NCBI GenBank assembly: GCA_963723125.1
Contig: CAVRPQ010000009.1
Coordinates: 3,045-67,044, forward strand
Origin: an uncultured bacterium
GTDB taxonomy: Bacteria > Verrucomicrobiota > Verrucomicrobiia > Limisphaerales > UBA11358
DNA: 64,000 nucleotides
Direction of reading: 5' to 3'
The notes below the pieces were generated by a model, which ran no database searches, was not told the DNA's origin, and worked only from the letters and a program-made list of their open reading frames with translations. The number at the start of each line of letters is the position of its first letter. Position 1 is the first letter of the stretch. Both the position numbers and the translations under genes were made by a program. Below are positions 48,401 through 57,300 of this stretch, piece after piece.

Positions 48401-48809
48401 CGAGGCAGACGGCCGAAAAACCAGCGTTGATCGTCACTCTGGTAAATTCAGTGGCGGCGAGAACCAGTCGCCGTATTTCATCGCGATTCTCGCGAGCTAT
48501 TTGCGCGCTTATCGTCGTTACAGCTCCCGCAAATCCGAACCCACACTTGGGCTTGTGCCGATTGACGAGGCGTTCTCAAAGTTGAGCGGCGAGCGCATCA
48601 AGGATTGCATCACGGCGCTCAAGGCATTTGATCTTCAGGGCGTGTTCTCAATGAGCACCGGCAACATTCCGTATGCCTTCGAGCATTGCGATTGGCTGGT
48701 AGTCGTGTCGAAGGATGAACGCCGTCTTGGCAAACGCACCGAGATCACAAATGTTCCCGTAAGTCTGGCGAGAGATTCAGAAGACGCCCGGCGCTTGATG
48801 GGATCGTAG
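45450..48809 (+). CDS. jetC: Wadjet JetC (SMC/MukB-like ATPase)
   Basis: N-terminal Walker A LAGVTGSGKSILMD, about 700 aa of coiled coil, a C-terminal signature FSGGENQSPYF and Walker B LGLVPIDEAF. Confidence 0.85.
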   Translation: MNRTICLTRIHALNWYGYKDTIPVEGNLLLAGVTGSGKSILMDLIQFVLVGDQRLVRFNQSATGDRGDRSLKGYCLGDTKVEENGVIQYMRSRAITYVALEFTWPNGKKSETWGIRVEFASAAEVHGKITPFFVPESLARGDFLDAEKCPLDYTTFKAFAESREGRIYPEGIEAYLRDMAQPVHLNFDKNVLRALLPTAMSFTFLKSFNEFARQFILPADKLDVNDVTASYRTFLGYERDLNDLNDQFERLKVIRNTFTRLTELRRDRVLARYLEAQLRNEHAAEHLQSDESRLSKLKEEYATEEARLKHLEEAIPNLKQRIDGIKASINETPEGRLYSELKSRNEKLTHQISQLTEVGTTLGQALVNRVRNARSWLKELRALPLDMDDAPAISVERAIHAVEQGGVAKAGETLRALGDTAQRAAAEASRAAAPTYKRLSELRQQLGQLRDEVAALKIGKLPFPTRLLDALNNSLLSRGSHLPAQHLRALCEVTDERWRPAVEIAFARKFAITVSQEHYEQAEKIYHGLKASELGNETGRESLINPAKALKLKKTVRSGSLVEKLKTSHPVAEAVVSHLFGDLMCVESLAQLRALPPDQNGILPDGFMTRGAFVERPRFYDGNPFVGEKGLEQQLAWKQKLIGDLEAEERKLMPVERAVKTVGDGWREHFEQAANLSDELASVRQLPGFQTELKDNIAKLKTIDRAKFDELATQQTRLEADLKKMEDEQRALDRSEKRAELRQLEKQIAAQRNAVASLAEKFEQVRNEVDVSPWLKRLDELRSEVLGQFPVKDAAASRFNDQFHELSTQATGTWEQLKAKRRELAMAHSKFDELPIETETNDAHDKQLVKLEQSDIPDYRGKAERERKNWEHLFRTQILEKLHNALHEVVNLVTLLNTSLKKRPIGTNTYELRYWRNQDYQLYHELLQASAIAREDDLFFASAEPRFRDAIAHFLKTLTEQPDSAEAGRLLDYRHYYEYDMEVVEADGRKTSVDRHSGKFSGGENQSPYFIAILASYLRAYRRYSSRKSEPTLGLVPIDEAFSKLSGERIKDCITALKAFDLQGVFSMSTGNIPYAFEHCDWLVVVSKDERRLGKRTEITNVPVSLARDSEDARRLMGS

Positions 48810-48820
48810 TTGCTCCATGC

Positions 48821-49954
48821 ATGAAAACGCCTTCACCAGTCCTCGAAGTCATCGCCCGCCGATATGAACGGAGTCAAGCGGGACGCACCGGCGAAGCAAG
48901 CCGGGATGTGCTGCTGTCGCTGGCAGAACTTCTGGCGGAGGCTGATTGCAGCGAAGGAGAAAAACGCGCCGTAGCTGAGCAACAGCTCGCTGAGGCTGAA
49001 GCCGCCGGAATGCTCGCGCGTGTCCCGGTTCATAAGCGCGACCGCTCCCACATTCATCAAATCCGCTTCTCACCGGCCAACGAATCCACCCTTTATGCAC
49101 GCCTTGGCCGTCCGTCACCTACTGAACTTCGCGCGGCAGTGGCTGAACAATTCAAAGCGGCAGCATCTGCCGATACACCGGCGCGCTGGCGGGAAGGTTG
49201 GAAAACTTGGTGCGAACGGATGCAGCAGGCCGCATTGGCTGGAAGTTCTATCGCTCCATTTGATCGTGAACCCACCACAGCTAATACCAAACTGATTGCC
49301 CTCCTGCCGAAATTGCTGGCCTGGGAGGGCGAATCTCTCGTGAGATTCGCAAGCTGCGTCCTTTGTGGTGACTCCAAACAACTCGAACAACTTGCCGCAC
49401 TTGAGCGCGACGGCGAATTTTCCAGTCAGTTGCGCGGGAAGTTGGGTCGTTTACTTGAAGACATTACCGGCAGCGCCATTCGCACTCTCGACGATGTTGG
49501 AATTCTTCCAAATCCGCGTTCTGTTCTCGTTCACGGCCCGCTAAAACTTCGCTTGGATGGTGCATGGCTGGATTTGGGGGTTTTGAACGGCCCGTTCCGT
49601 TTGTCTCAAACAGATATTGTGCGCGCAGAAGAAATCGAGACAGCGTCTTCGCGTTGCCTGACAATTGAGAATGAGACCACGTTTCACGAATTGGCCAAAC
49701 TTCATAGTGGCGAACTCCTCATCTGCACCAGCTATCCGGGCAGCGCCACTGTAGCATTGCTACAAAGCCTACCTCCAAAAATCGAGTGCTGGCACTTCGG
49801 TGACAGCGACGAAGCCGGCTTTGAAATTCTTCGCGTGCTGCGGGAAAAATCTGGACGTGACTTTCACCCGCTCCACATGCAGGCCGGACGAATTCCCTTC
49901 GAGCAGGAATCTCTCGGACGCCCGACTCGGCTGACTTGGCCCTTCTACGATTGA
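48821..49954 (+). CDS. jetD: Wadjet JetD (Toprim-domain nuclease subunit)
   Basis: C-terminal CLTIENETTFHEL ... WHFGDSDEAGFEIL, typical of the JetD/MksG Toprim domain. Confidence 0.8.
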   Translation: MKTPSPVLEVIARRYERSQAGRTGEASRDVLLSLAELLAEADCSEGEKRAVAEQQLAEAEAAGMLARVPVHKRDRSHIHQIRFSPANESTLYARLGRPSPTELRAAVAEQFKAAASADTPARWREGWKTWCERMQQAALAGSSIAPFDREPTTANTKLIALLPKLLAWEGESLVRFASCVLCGDSKQLEQLAALERDGEFSSQLRGKLGRLLEDITGSAIRTLDDVGILPNPRSVLVHGPLKLRLDGAWLDLGVLNGPFRLSQTDIVRAEEIETASSRCLTIENETTFHELAKLHSGELLICTSYPGSATVALLQSLPPKIECWHFGDSDEAGFEILRVLREKSGRDFHPLHMQAGRIPFEQESLGRPTRLTWPFYD

Positions 49955-49990
49955 GGAAATGGGGATAGGCGAATAACTAACGGTGAGTGC

Positions 49991-50227
49991 TCAACTCCGC
50001 ACGTGAAATCTAAACAAAAGAACAAATGCCCGCCACCACCCTCTGCTCTCAGGCGTGGGTGACGGCTGGGTCTGCCCACCGACAGTCGAATCGACACTGC
50101 CACTAATGGTGGTATTGCTGAGGCTGGTGCTAATGCTACTAAGCTTTTCATCAGCAGATGCCGAAAAGCCAGAAATAATCAAAGTTCCAAGCAACGCACA
50201 CAATGTAACTAATCGTCGTGTTTTCAT
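49991..50227 (-). CDS. small secreted Ser/Thr-rich protein with a possible PEP-CTERM-like tail
   Basis: Signal MKTRRLVTLCALLGTLIISGFSASA. The C-terminus is TPESRGWWRAFVLLFRFHVRS. Weakly supported. Confidence 0.35.
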   Translation of the reverse strand: MKTRRLVTLCALLGTLIISGFSASADEKLSSISTSLSNTTISGSVDSTVGGQTQPSPTPESRGWWRAFVLLFRFHVRS

Positions 50228-50519
50228 AATAACATCCACGTCACAAACACTGCTTAATCATTATACGACAGATGATTCGTATATTGAATTTGATCCCCGC
50301 CAGCCCTCAACTTTCGCAATTCGTTCACAATCAGACTTTCGAGGTTTCAATATACGGCGGTCAGTCGGATATTGAAAAGCAAAAACCTCGATGAATCCCA
50401 TCCTAATAACACTATCTACCTCGGGCCTTTCCGATTGAAAAAATGAAGATGCTTGAGGCATTGAAAACAGTGCCACGGCCTGTCATGCTGGGGCACGTCA
50501 GACGCATTGCGCGAGTTTT

Positions 50520-50819
50520 ATGATTTCAAACGAACGGCCATCCCCCTTCAGTCGCCACCCCTATTTTCCACCCAAGCCGCCAGTCCAGGAGGACACGCTC
50601 AAATCGGATCAGGTGCAAATTGAGCGCAAAACCTTCGTCTTTACACTAAAGGAAAATCCGCGCGGACGGTTTCTGCGCATTAGTGAGGACGCCGGTGGTC
50701 ACCGTGACACCATTATTATTCCATCAACCGGTCTGGACGAATTCAAGAAACTCCTCGATGAAATGGTGAGGGTGGCAAACGAAATACCGCCAAAGACAAA
50801 TCCGCCGGTCACAACGTGA
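50520..50819 (+). CDS. PUR-alpha-like (DUF3276-type) nucleic-acid-binding protein
   Basis: LKSDQVQIERKTFVFTLKENPRGRFLRISEDAGGHRDTIIIPSTGLDEF matches the bacterial PUR repeat pattern as I remember it. Confidence 0.65.
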   Translation: MISNERPSPFSRHPYFPPKPPVQEDTLKSDQVQIERKTFVFTLKENPRGRFLRISEDAGGHRDTIIIPSTGLDEFKKLLDEMVRVANEIPPKTNPPVTT

Positions 50820-50873
50820 ACGGAAGCCCAAAAGCAGTTGAAAAGCTTATCCAAAATCAAGACAACGACGGGC

Positions 50874-51872
50874 ATGGTCGGGGGTCTTAGGGAACCGCAA
50901 GCTCCACCGGGCACAAAAAAAATCATTATTTTCGACACGAATGCCTATCGCAATCTGGCGTTCGGCTTGTCATTGGCCGACTCTCGAATAAAGGCTCTTC
51001 AACTGCGACAGCTCGAACAGAAAGCCGGGAATTTCGCTTTGGCCAGTCCTATCGTCATCTGGGAACTGATTGGTCACTTGGGCAATACCAGTGACCCAGC
51101 TTACCATTATTGTCTGAACGCACTTGTAACGTTGGCAGAACACACTTGGTCGCCCTTCGATCCCAATGCCGGTGTTTGTCTTTTCGCAGACGCCGCATCA
51201 ACCGTCTGTCGGGAACTGTTTCGTGCTGTGCCGCCAATTGCCGCGCAAAATGTTCAAAACTTAAGCAAGCTGGCCGCGTATGTAAAAAACCATGCGCCGA
51301 ATCTAACACTACCTGCCGCGCTAACGAACTTTAAAGTGTTTTCCATGGAACTGGCCAAGCTTGAAACACAGTGGCTCACCGACATGCAGAAAATTCTTAC
51401 AGATTGCGATCCAACAATCGCAAAACCGTGGGTTGGCGGGAAAGATGACAGAGATGTGCGGCGGAGACTCCGCTCTTACTTTGCAAGTCAAGCGTTCATG
51501 GATGCTTGGGCGGCCATCACGGTAGTGCGACATGCGAACATTCTTGGCGTAAAACTGACTCCCGCAGGGTTGACAGAGAAGGCGAAAATCATCCGGGACG
51601 TTTTTCCAGTGCCCTTTCATTTGATGTCTGCGCTGCTTCAGAAATTCCCGACTCCGAAACCGATGAACTTGAGCAGCCCCAAAAAAAATCGAGAAAACTT
51701 TATATGTGATGCTGCCATTTGTTTTTCCATCGGTGGCTTCCATCAGGTCGGCAGCGCACCGATGTTTCTTGTAACAGCCGATAAAGCCATCAAAGCGGCA
51801 GCGACCACAGCCAGGTGTCCAGAGCGGGTTGTTGCACTTCCCGACTACCTCACGAGTGTCGGATTTCGCTGA
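50874..51872 (+). CDS. PIN-like domain protein with a large internal insertion; unknown function
   Basis: N-terminal IIIFDTNAYRNL, then WELIGHL, then C-terminal FLVTADKAIKAA, which resembles the acidic-residue pattern of PIN nucleases. The start is uncertain (TTG 50838 or ATG 50874). Confidence 0.4.
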   Translation: MVGGLREPQAPPGTKKIIIFDTNAYRNLAFGLSLADSRIKALQLRQLEQKAGNFALASPIVIWELIGHLGNTSDPAYHYCLNALVTLAEHTWSPFDPNAGVCLFADAASTVCRELFRAVPPIAAQNVQNLSKLAAYVKNHAPNLTLPAALTNFKVFSMELAKLETQWLTDMQKILTDCDPTIAKPWVGGKDDRDVRRRLRSYFASQAFMDAWAAITVVRHANILGVKLTPAGLTEKAKIIRDVFPVPFHLMSALLQKFPTPKPMNLSSPKKNRENFICDAAICFSIGGFHQVGSAPMFLVTADKAIKAAATTARCPERVVALPDYLTSVGFR

Positions 51873-52103
51873 CAAGACCAGCGAGGGTATTGGCTGATGG
51901 CAAGCTGTGCCACATGCAAAACAGCAACCGCCTTGGTAAAACTCTGCGTTTTGGCGATGGCACAGCCGCTTGTCGCGTCAGAATTGTGCCGAAAAGTTTA
52001 TCGCCGTGACCAGCGCGCTTTCTTGCTTCACTTCACAGGTTGACGGTCGGCCCCGTCTCCCACTCGACCACGCCCGTTCCGTTTCGCAAAAAGGGCGTTC
52101 GTC

Positions 52104-52243
52104 ACGAGCGACACCGCAAAGCCGAATTGTCGGCGTGCTTCCGCCTGCGGTTCGCCGACGGTTGTTTCGCTCCGGCTCCGCTCCGGCCGTCATTGCACCT
52201 ACGCTCCACTTTCCCGTTCGCCAAACCGCAGGCCGAAGCAAAC
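52104..52243 (+). repeat. copy B of the intergenic repeat element (partner at 31283..31395)
   Basis: See copy A. Copy B carries an extra internal segment of about 27 nt. Confidence 0.7.
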
Positions 52244-52328
52244 GTGAAAAAAAACGGGCAACGGAAAAGGTTTGCCACAAAAAATGTTTGCGTTCCTTGC
52301 GACCAAATGTAGCTTGCCAGGCAAAACT

Positions 52329-54377
52329 ATGAACCAGTCAGAAGGACATGATTGCACTTCTGGCATTCGCATTTCCAAAGTTGCGGCTCTTGTCGCAATC
52401 TTCTTATTCTTTTTTTTCACAAAGTCCGCCGTCAGTGGTGTTCCGCCACCGGACTGGCAGGTGACTGGTTTCGGTTACGGAGGCAGGTTGGTGACAAACG
52501 CCACGGTGGAGTTTGTCAACGACACTTGGAACATAAAAACAGGACCGTCGCGGTCGGCGATAATTTACAAGGATTTCGACGGCGACGTTTCGACGGTGCT
52601 GGAAATCACTGATGCAACTGGCCAGCCAAATGCACACATCGGCATCATGATATGGTCATCACTCGCACCCACGGCAGGAAAGGCAGGTCTGGTTTTGGAT
52701 CCTCAAGGGCAGCACCTCTATTTTTCGTGGGATGAGGCGTCGGACCGTCCGCAATTCTATGGTAATTTCATCCAGTGTGAAGGCATCGGATTTCCCGTTT
52801 GGTTGAAGTTGACCCGTTCAGGCAGCTATTTTTTGGCTTCTTACAGCAAGGATGGAGAGGAATGGCATTCCATTGGCGTCCCGATTAAAACATTTTGGGC
52901 TGGCGACCGCCCTGAATTATTTGCCGGAATCTATGCTGACGGAATTTGCGAGGAACGAGTGACACATTTGCAGGTAACGCCCGCACCCGCCACCACAATG
53001 CCAGAATCGTTGCCCAACAATTGGAATGTGGGCATACACGGTGAGCCTGACTATGCAGGCCATGCCAAATATGCGGATGGCAAATGGATTTTGGCCGGAG
53101 CGAACACCAGCGGACGCGGCGGATACCACAACGTGACGGTTCTGGAACCAGTCTCATCTGAAGCTGAACTTTTTGCAAAAATACAGACTTCTGACTTGAG
53201 CGACCCTCGATCTGGAGGCGGCTTATTGTTAAGCGCCCACGGTCTTAACGTTGGCATCATGGCGTTTCCGTCGGGAGGAACACTGGCATTTTTCACGCGA
53301 CAGGCCGTTGATGGGCGCACCCTTCAAAGCCGGAATGTCCCTATCCCGTCGGTGATGATGGGACAGGCCGGGGCGTTTCTGCGACTTACGCTTGTGGATG
53401 GCAAGATAGCCGCCTTTTACGGCACCGACACAAACAATTGGACTCAAGTGGGTGAAACTCCCCCGCTAAATGAGATGGCGGCGGATGTGACGGGTGGGAT
53501 GGAATTGTATTCGACTTCTGGTTCGCATTTTTCTTCCACCGTGAGTTTTGACGACTTTGAAGTATACTCCATCACAGCGCCGAAACAAGAGGCGCGTTCC
53601 AATCCCATTCCGGCGTGGATGGTTCAAAAACAAGGATTTCGTCCAAGCTATATTTACTGGCCCGGATATGGGCAGAAGCCTTCTGACGCAAAATTTTTCA
53701 GCACATGGGACGACTTCCGTAAGAGAAATACTGAAATCACGGGACAATCCAATCCACCAACCCCAACGCAGCCGCCCACTCCACCACCAACGGTCAAACT
53801 CGCGTCCGGCCGTCCTCTAATCGGTCTTTTAGTTTGGGGCATTATCATACTCATTGTGGGCGCAATTTTTTGCATAATAAAACCATTCAACCGACTTGTG
53901 TATTTGCGCAACCGGACGAGCAAAGCTTGGTCTCAAATTGACGTGCAATTGAAGCGCCGGCATGACCTGATCCTCAACTATATCGAAGTGGTCAAAGGCT
54001 ATGCCAAGCACGAAAGCAGCACACTTGAACGTGTTACACGTGCCCGCGCCGCTGCCGTGAATGCGAGCACCGTGGAAGAGCGTGCGAAGGCAGAAGCCAC
54101 CCTCAATACCACCATGAGATCGCTCTACGGCGTCGTTGAATCCTACCCGGAACTGAAGGCAAACCAAAATTTCCTCTCGTTACAGCAAAACTTGACAGAC
54201 ACCGAGGACAAACTTGCCGCCGCGCGAAACGCATACAACGAAGAAGTCCTACCCTATAACACGACGGTGCAGTCCTTCCCCACAAATGTGGTAGCCTTCG
54301 TCTTTCGTTTCAAAGACTGTAAATTCTTTGAGATAAAGGAGGCCGAGCAGCGGGAAACACCCAAGGCGGGAATGTAA
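52329..54377 (+). CDS. fusion protein: signal/TM, two concanavalin/DUF1349-like beta-sandwich domains, a Pro-rich linker, a TM segment, and a LemA domain
   Basis: The C-terminal 190 aa match LemA (WSQIDVQLKRRHDLILNYIEVVKGYAKHESSTLERVTRARA...YPELKANQNF..LQ..L..TEDKLAAARNAYNEEV..YNT). Upstream are WLKLTRSGSYFLASYSKDGEEWHSIG-type modules. Confidence 0.75.
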   Translation: MNQSEGHDCTSGIRISKVAALVAIFLFFFFTKSAVSGVPPPDWQVTGFGYGGRLVTNATVEFVNDTWNIKTGPSRSAIIYKDFDGDVSTVLEITDATGQPNAHIGIMIWSSLAPTAGKAGLVLDPQGQHLYFSWDEASDRPQFYGNFIQCEGIGFPVWLKLTRSGSYFLASYSKDGEEWHSIGVPIKTFWAGDRPELFAGIYADGICEERVTHLQVTPAPATTMPESLPNNWNVGIHGEPDYAGHAKYADGKWILAGANTSGRGGYHNVTVLEPVSSEAELFAKIQTSDLSDPRSGGGLLLSAHGLNVGIMAFPSGGTLAFFTRQAVDGRTLQSRNVPIPSVMMGQAGAFLRLTLVDGKIAAFYGTDTNNWTQVGETPPLNEMAADVTGGMELYSTSGSHFSSTVSFDDFEVYSITAPKQEARSNPIPAWMVQKQGFRPSYIYWPGYGQKPSDAKFFSTWDDFRKRNTEITGQSNPPTPTQPPTPPPTVKLASGRPLIGLLVWGIIILIVGAIFCIIKPFNRLVYLRNRTSKAWSQIDVQLKRRHDLILNYIEVVKGYAKHESSTLERVTRARAAAVNASTVEERAKAEATLNTTMRSLYGVVESYPELKANQNFLSLQQNLTDTEDKLAAARNAYNEEVLPYNTTVQSFPTNVVAFVFRFKDCKFFEIKEAEQRETPKAGM

Positions 54378-54397
54378 ACTGCCTTCAAAACTTGGAA

Positions 54398-57300
54398 TTA
54401 CCAAGCTTCAGGGAATTCAACGATGCGGTAGAACCGCTGCTGATTGGTCGCTGATATGAAGTCGGAGACACTCAACGTGTTGAAGGAGGGGGTAAGTTGA
54501 GATGTTAAATTGCTCCAGTTGCCAGAAGTTAAATCGGAAGCGTATTGCACCTGATATATTTGGCCAGGAACCAAACTCCAAGTGAGCGTTATTTTATTTC
54601 CAGCCAGCGCCAAAGGCTGAACGACTGGCGGAATGACGAGGCGAAAGACGGTTCCGAAATCACCATTTGTGCCGCCGTTTTCGGTGGTTCCATATAAATT
54701 GCCATCTGGTCCCTGTATCATTGCCGCCATCGGCTTGCGGCCATCATTTCCTTGAAACCAATGAAGCGTGGTGAAACTTCCATTTGGTGTAATTCTAAAA
54801 ATGGTTCCATAGTTGCTTATTCCGCCTTGTGCGGTAGTTCCGTAAAAATTACCGTCGCTAGACAGCACTAACCCGCCATAAGCAAGTGAACCATCAAGTC
54901 CCCCAGTAAAAGAATAAAGAGTGGTCAAAGTGCCGTTCGGCGTCATTCGGAAAATGGTGCTGGAAGTCGTTCCGTAAAAATTGCCATCGTTACCCTCGAC
55001 CAAACTGCTATAAGATGTTCCGTTGGTAAACGAAACAAGACTTGTGAATGTTCCATCATCTGCAATCTTGAAGGCCGTGCCATTACCAGTTGCGCCAGCC
55101 AGTGTGGTGGTTCCATAAAAGTTGCCATCCGTTCCCAAAACCAATCCGGCGAAAGGCGCTTCACCAACATTGTTTGTGAAGTAAAACAAGTTAGTGAATG
55201 CTCCGCTAGACGTTATACAAAAGACATTGCCAAATTGACCTGACGTTGCGTTTGCGCTTTCAGTCGTTCCATAAAAATTCCCATCCCTTCCTTCAACCAA
55301 CCCCCAAGGAACTTCACCGTCAACATCGTTAAAAGTGTGTAGAATGGTTAATGCGCCGACGGGGGTTATGCGAAAGATGGTGCCAGCGTAAAAGTTCGGA
55401 TCGATTTGCGTCGTTCCGTAAAAATTTCCATCGGTCCCCAAAACCAAGCCCGCCCATGGGTTTCCACCGTTTGTTCCAGGACCGGAGGAACTTAAATTAT
55501 AATCGGGAAATGAATACAGGCTCAAGAAATTAGTGCCTCCGCTTGGCGCAATTCGGAAGACCGTTCCCCAACCACTTATATTGCCATTAGGCTTGGTTCC
55601 TCCGCGATACGTTGTGCCATAAAAGGCACCGTCATTGCCCAACGTCAAAGCACCGACGGGATCGTTACCGTCATAATTGTTGAATGAATGCAAACTCTCA
55701 AAAGCATTGACAGGAATTTCGTTTGTCGAAGGTGGCTGTGGGCCGACACCTGTTCCTGATAAAGTAAGATTTGTAGCACCACTTGTTGCGTCTGTAGTGA
55801 CTGTCATCATCCCGCCATACGGCATGACTGCGGACGGCGTGAAGGTAATTGTATCAATTACCTCGCTTCCCGGTGTAATGTAGGCTGAATTACAATTTCC
55901 ACTGAATCCAGTTGGGTAGTTAATGCTGAAAACGTGTAAAACTTCATTGCCTGCATTATAGATCGCTACTACACCCGCAGCGCTCGAATTCACCTGCACA
56001 TCGCCAAAATCCGTGTCTGACCAAGGGATTAATTCAATGATTGCCGTTGGACCGGACGAGGACGCCACGCCGGTCCCAGATGCGCTGATGACATTGATTC
56101 CACCGTTTGCATCGCTGTCAACGGTTACATTCCCGTCGTAACCGGTCGTCAATGTCGGCGAAAAGGTTACAGTCACATTCGTTGATGCGCCCGCTGAAAT
56201 TATTCCAGTCCAATTTCCGTTGAAGCCATTTGCATTTGTGTAAATAATGCTGTTGACGGTCAAATTCGTGTTGCCAGTATTGCCGATGGTCAAAATCCTC
56301 TGCGCGCTCGTTCCAATAGTCACATTGCCAAACGCGAGGTTCCCGGTTAGCGAAATTACTTTATTTGTTGGACTCGGACTTGTCGTTCCGTAGGTAAATT
56401 TGTCGTTCGCATTGATCTGACTCACACCACCCGGTCCCACAACGCGAATGTCAACTGTGCCCGTGCCGGCGGGCGCAACGGTTGAAATGCTCGTGGATGA
56501 ATTGACCTGAAACCACGCCGGCGTGTTGTTGAAATAAACGGCGACCGCATTGCAAAAATTGGCACCAGAAATCGTGAATTCATAACCAAGTGGTCCATTA
56601 TTTTGACTCAAGCCATTTACGACAGGAGTAAAAATTCCAGCGGATTGGTTGGCAAAATTTTGCGAAATTGAACTGGCCGCGACTAATATGCTATACATCC
56701 CCGCCACTCTGCCGTTAAACGCCGGACCCAAAGTTATGTATTGCTGCAATTGAGTTTGAATGATTTGGTTGGTTTCCTCTTGAGCGCCCAAATTGCACCA
56801 TAAGGCCTCGAAAGAGCTTATCGCCTCAATGTCGGCAGCAAAAGCAAATCCATCATCAAAATTTGCAAATCCATTATTGCCCATCATCTCGCTACTCGTC
56901 GTGTTGAGTTCAGGAAAAAGATTTGTAGTAAGAGTGTTTTGGCAATACACCATTTCTTGCAAAATATCAGACTGTGGCGTGACATAAACTTGCATGATGG
57001 TGCTTGCCGCTGACCACGCGGCCAATGCAGGAAGACCATCAGCAAAATAACTTCCAGCTTGAGAAACTGCCTCTCCGGCAGCAGCAGAGGCATCTCCGGG
57101 GATTTCACCAATCGTATACGCTTCATAAAAGGCTTCTGCGCCAGAAGCCGCTGCGCTGATCCCAAGTTGTTCGGCACTTGCCCCGGCGTTTTCCAAAAAG
57201 GTTGTAACGTATTGTTGAGCGTCCGGTTTCAAAGTATTTCCGGGATACGCGGCGGTATAAAAATCGGATTCAAATTGTGCAAGTTGATTTGGGTTAAGAT

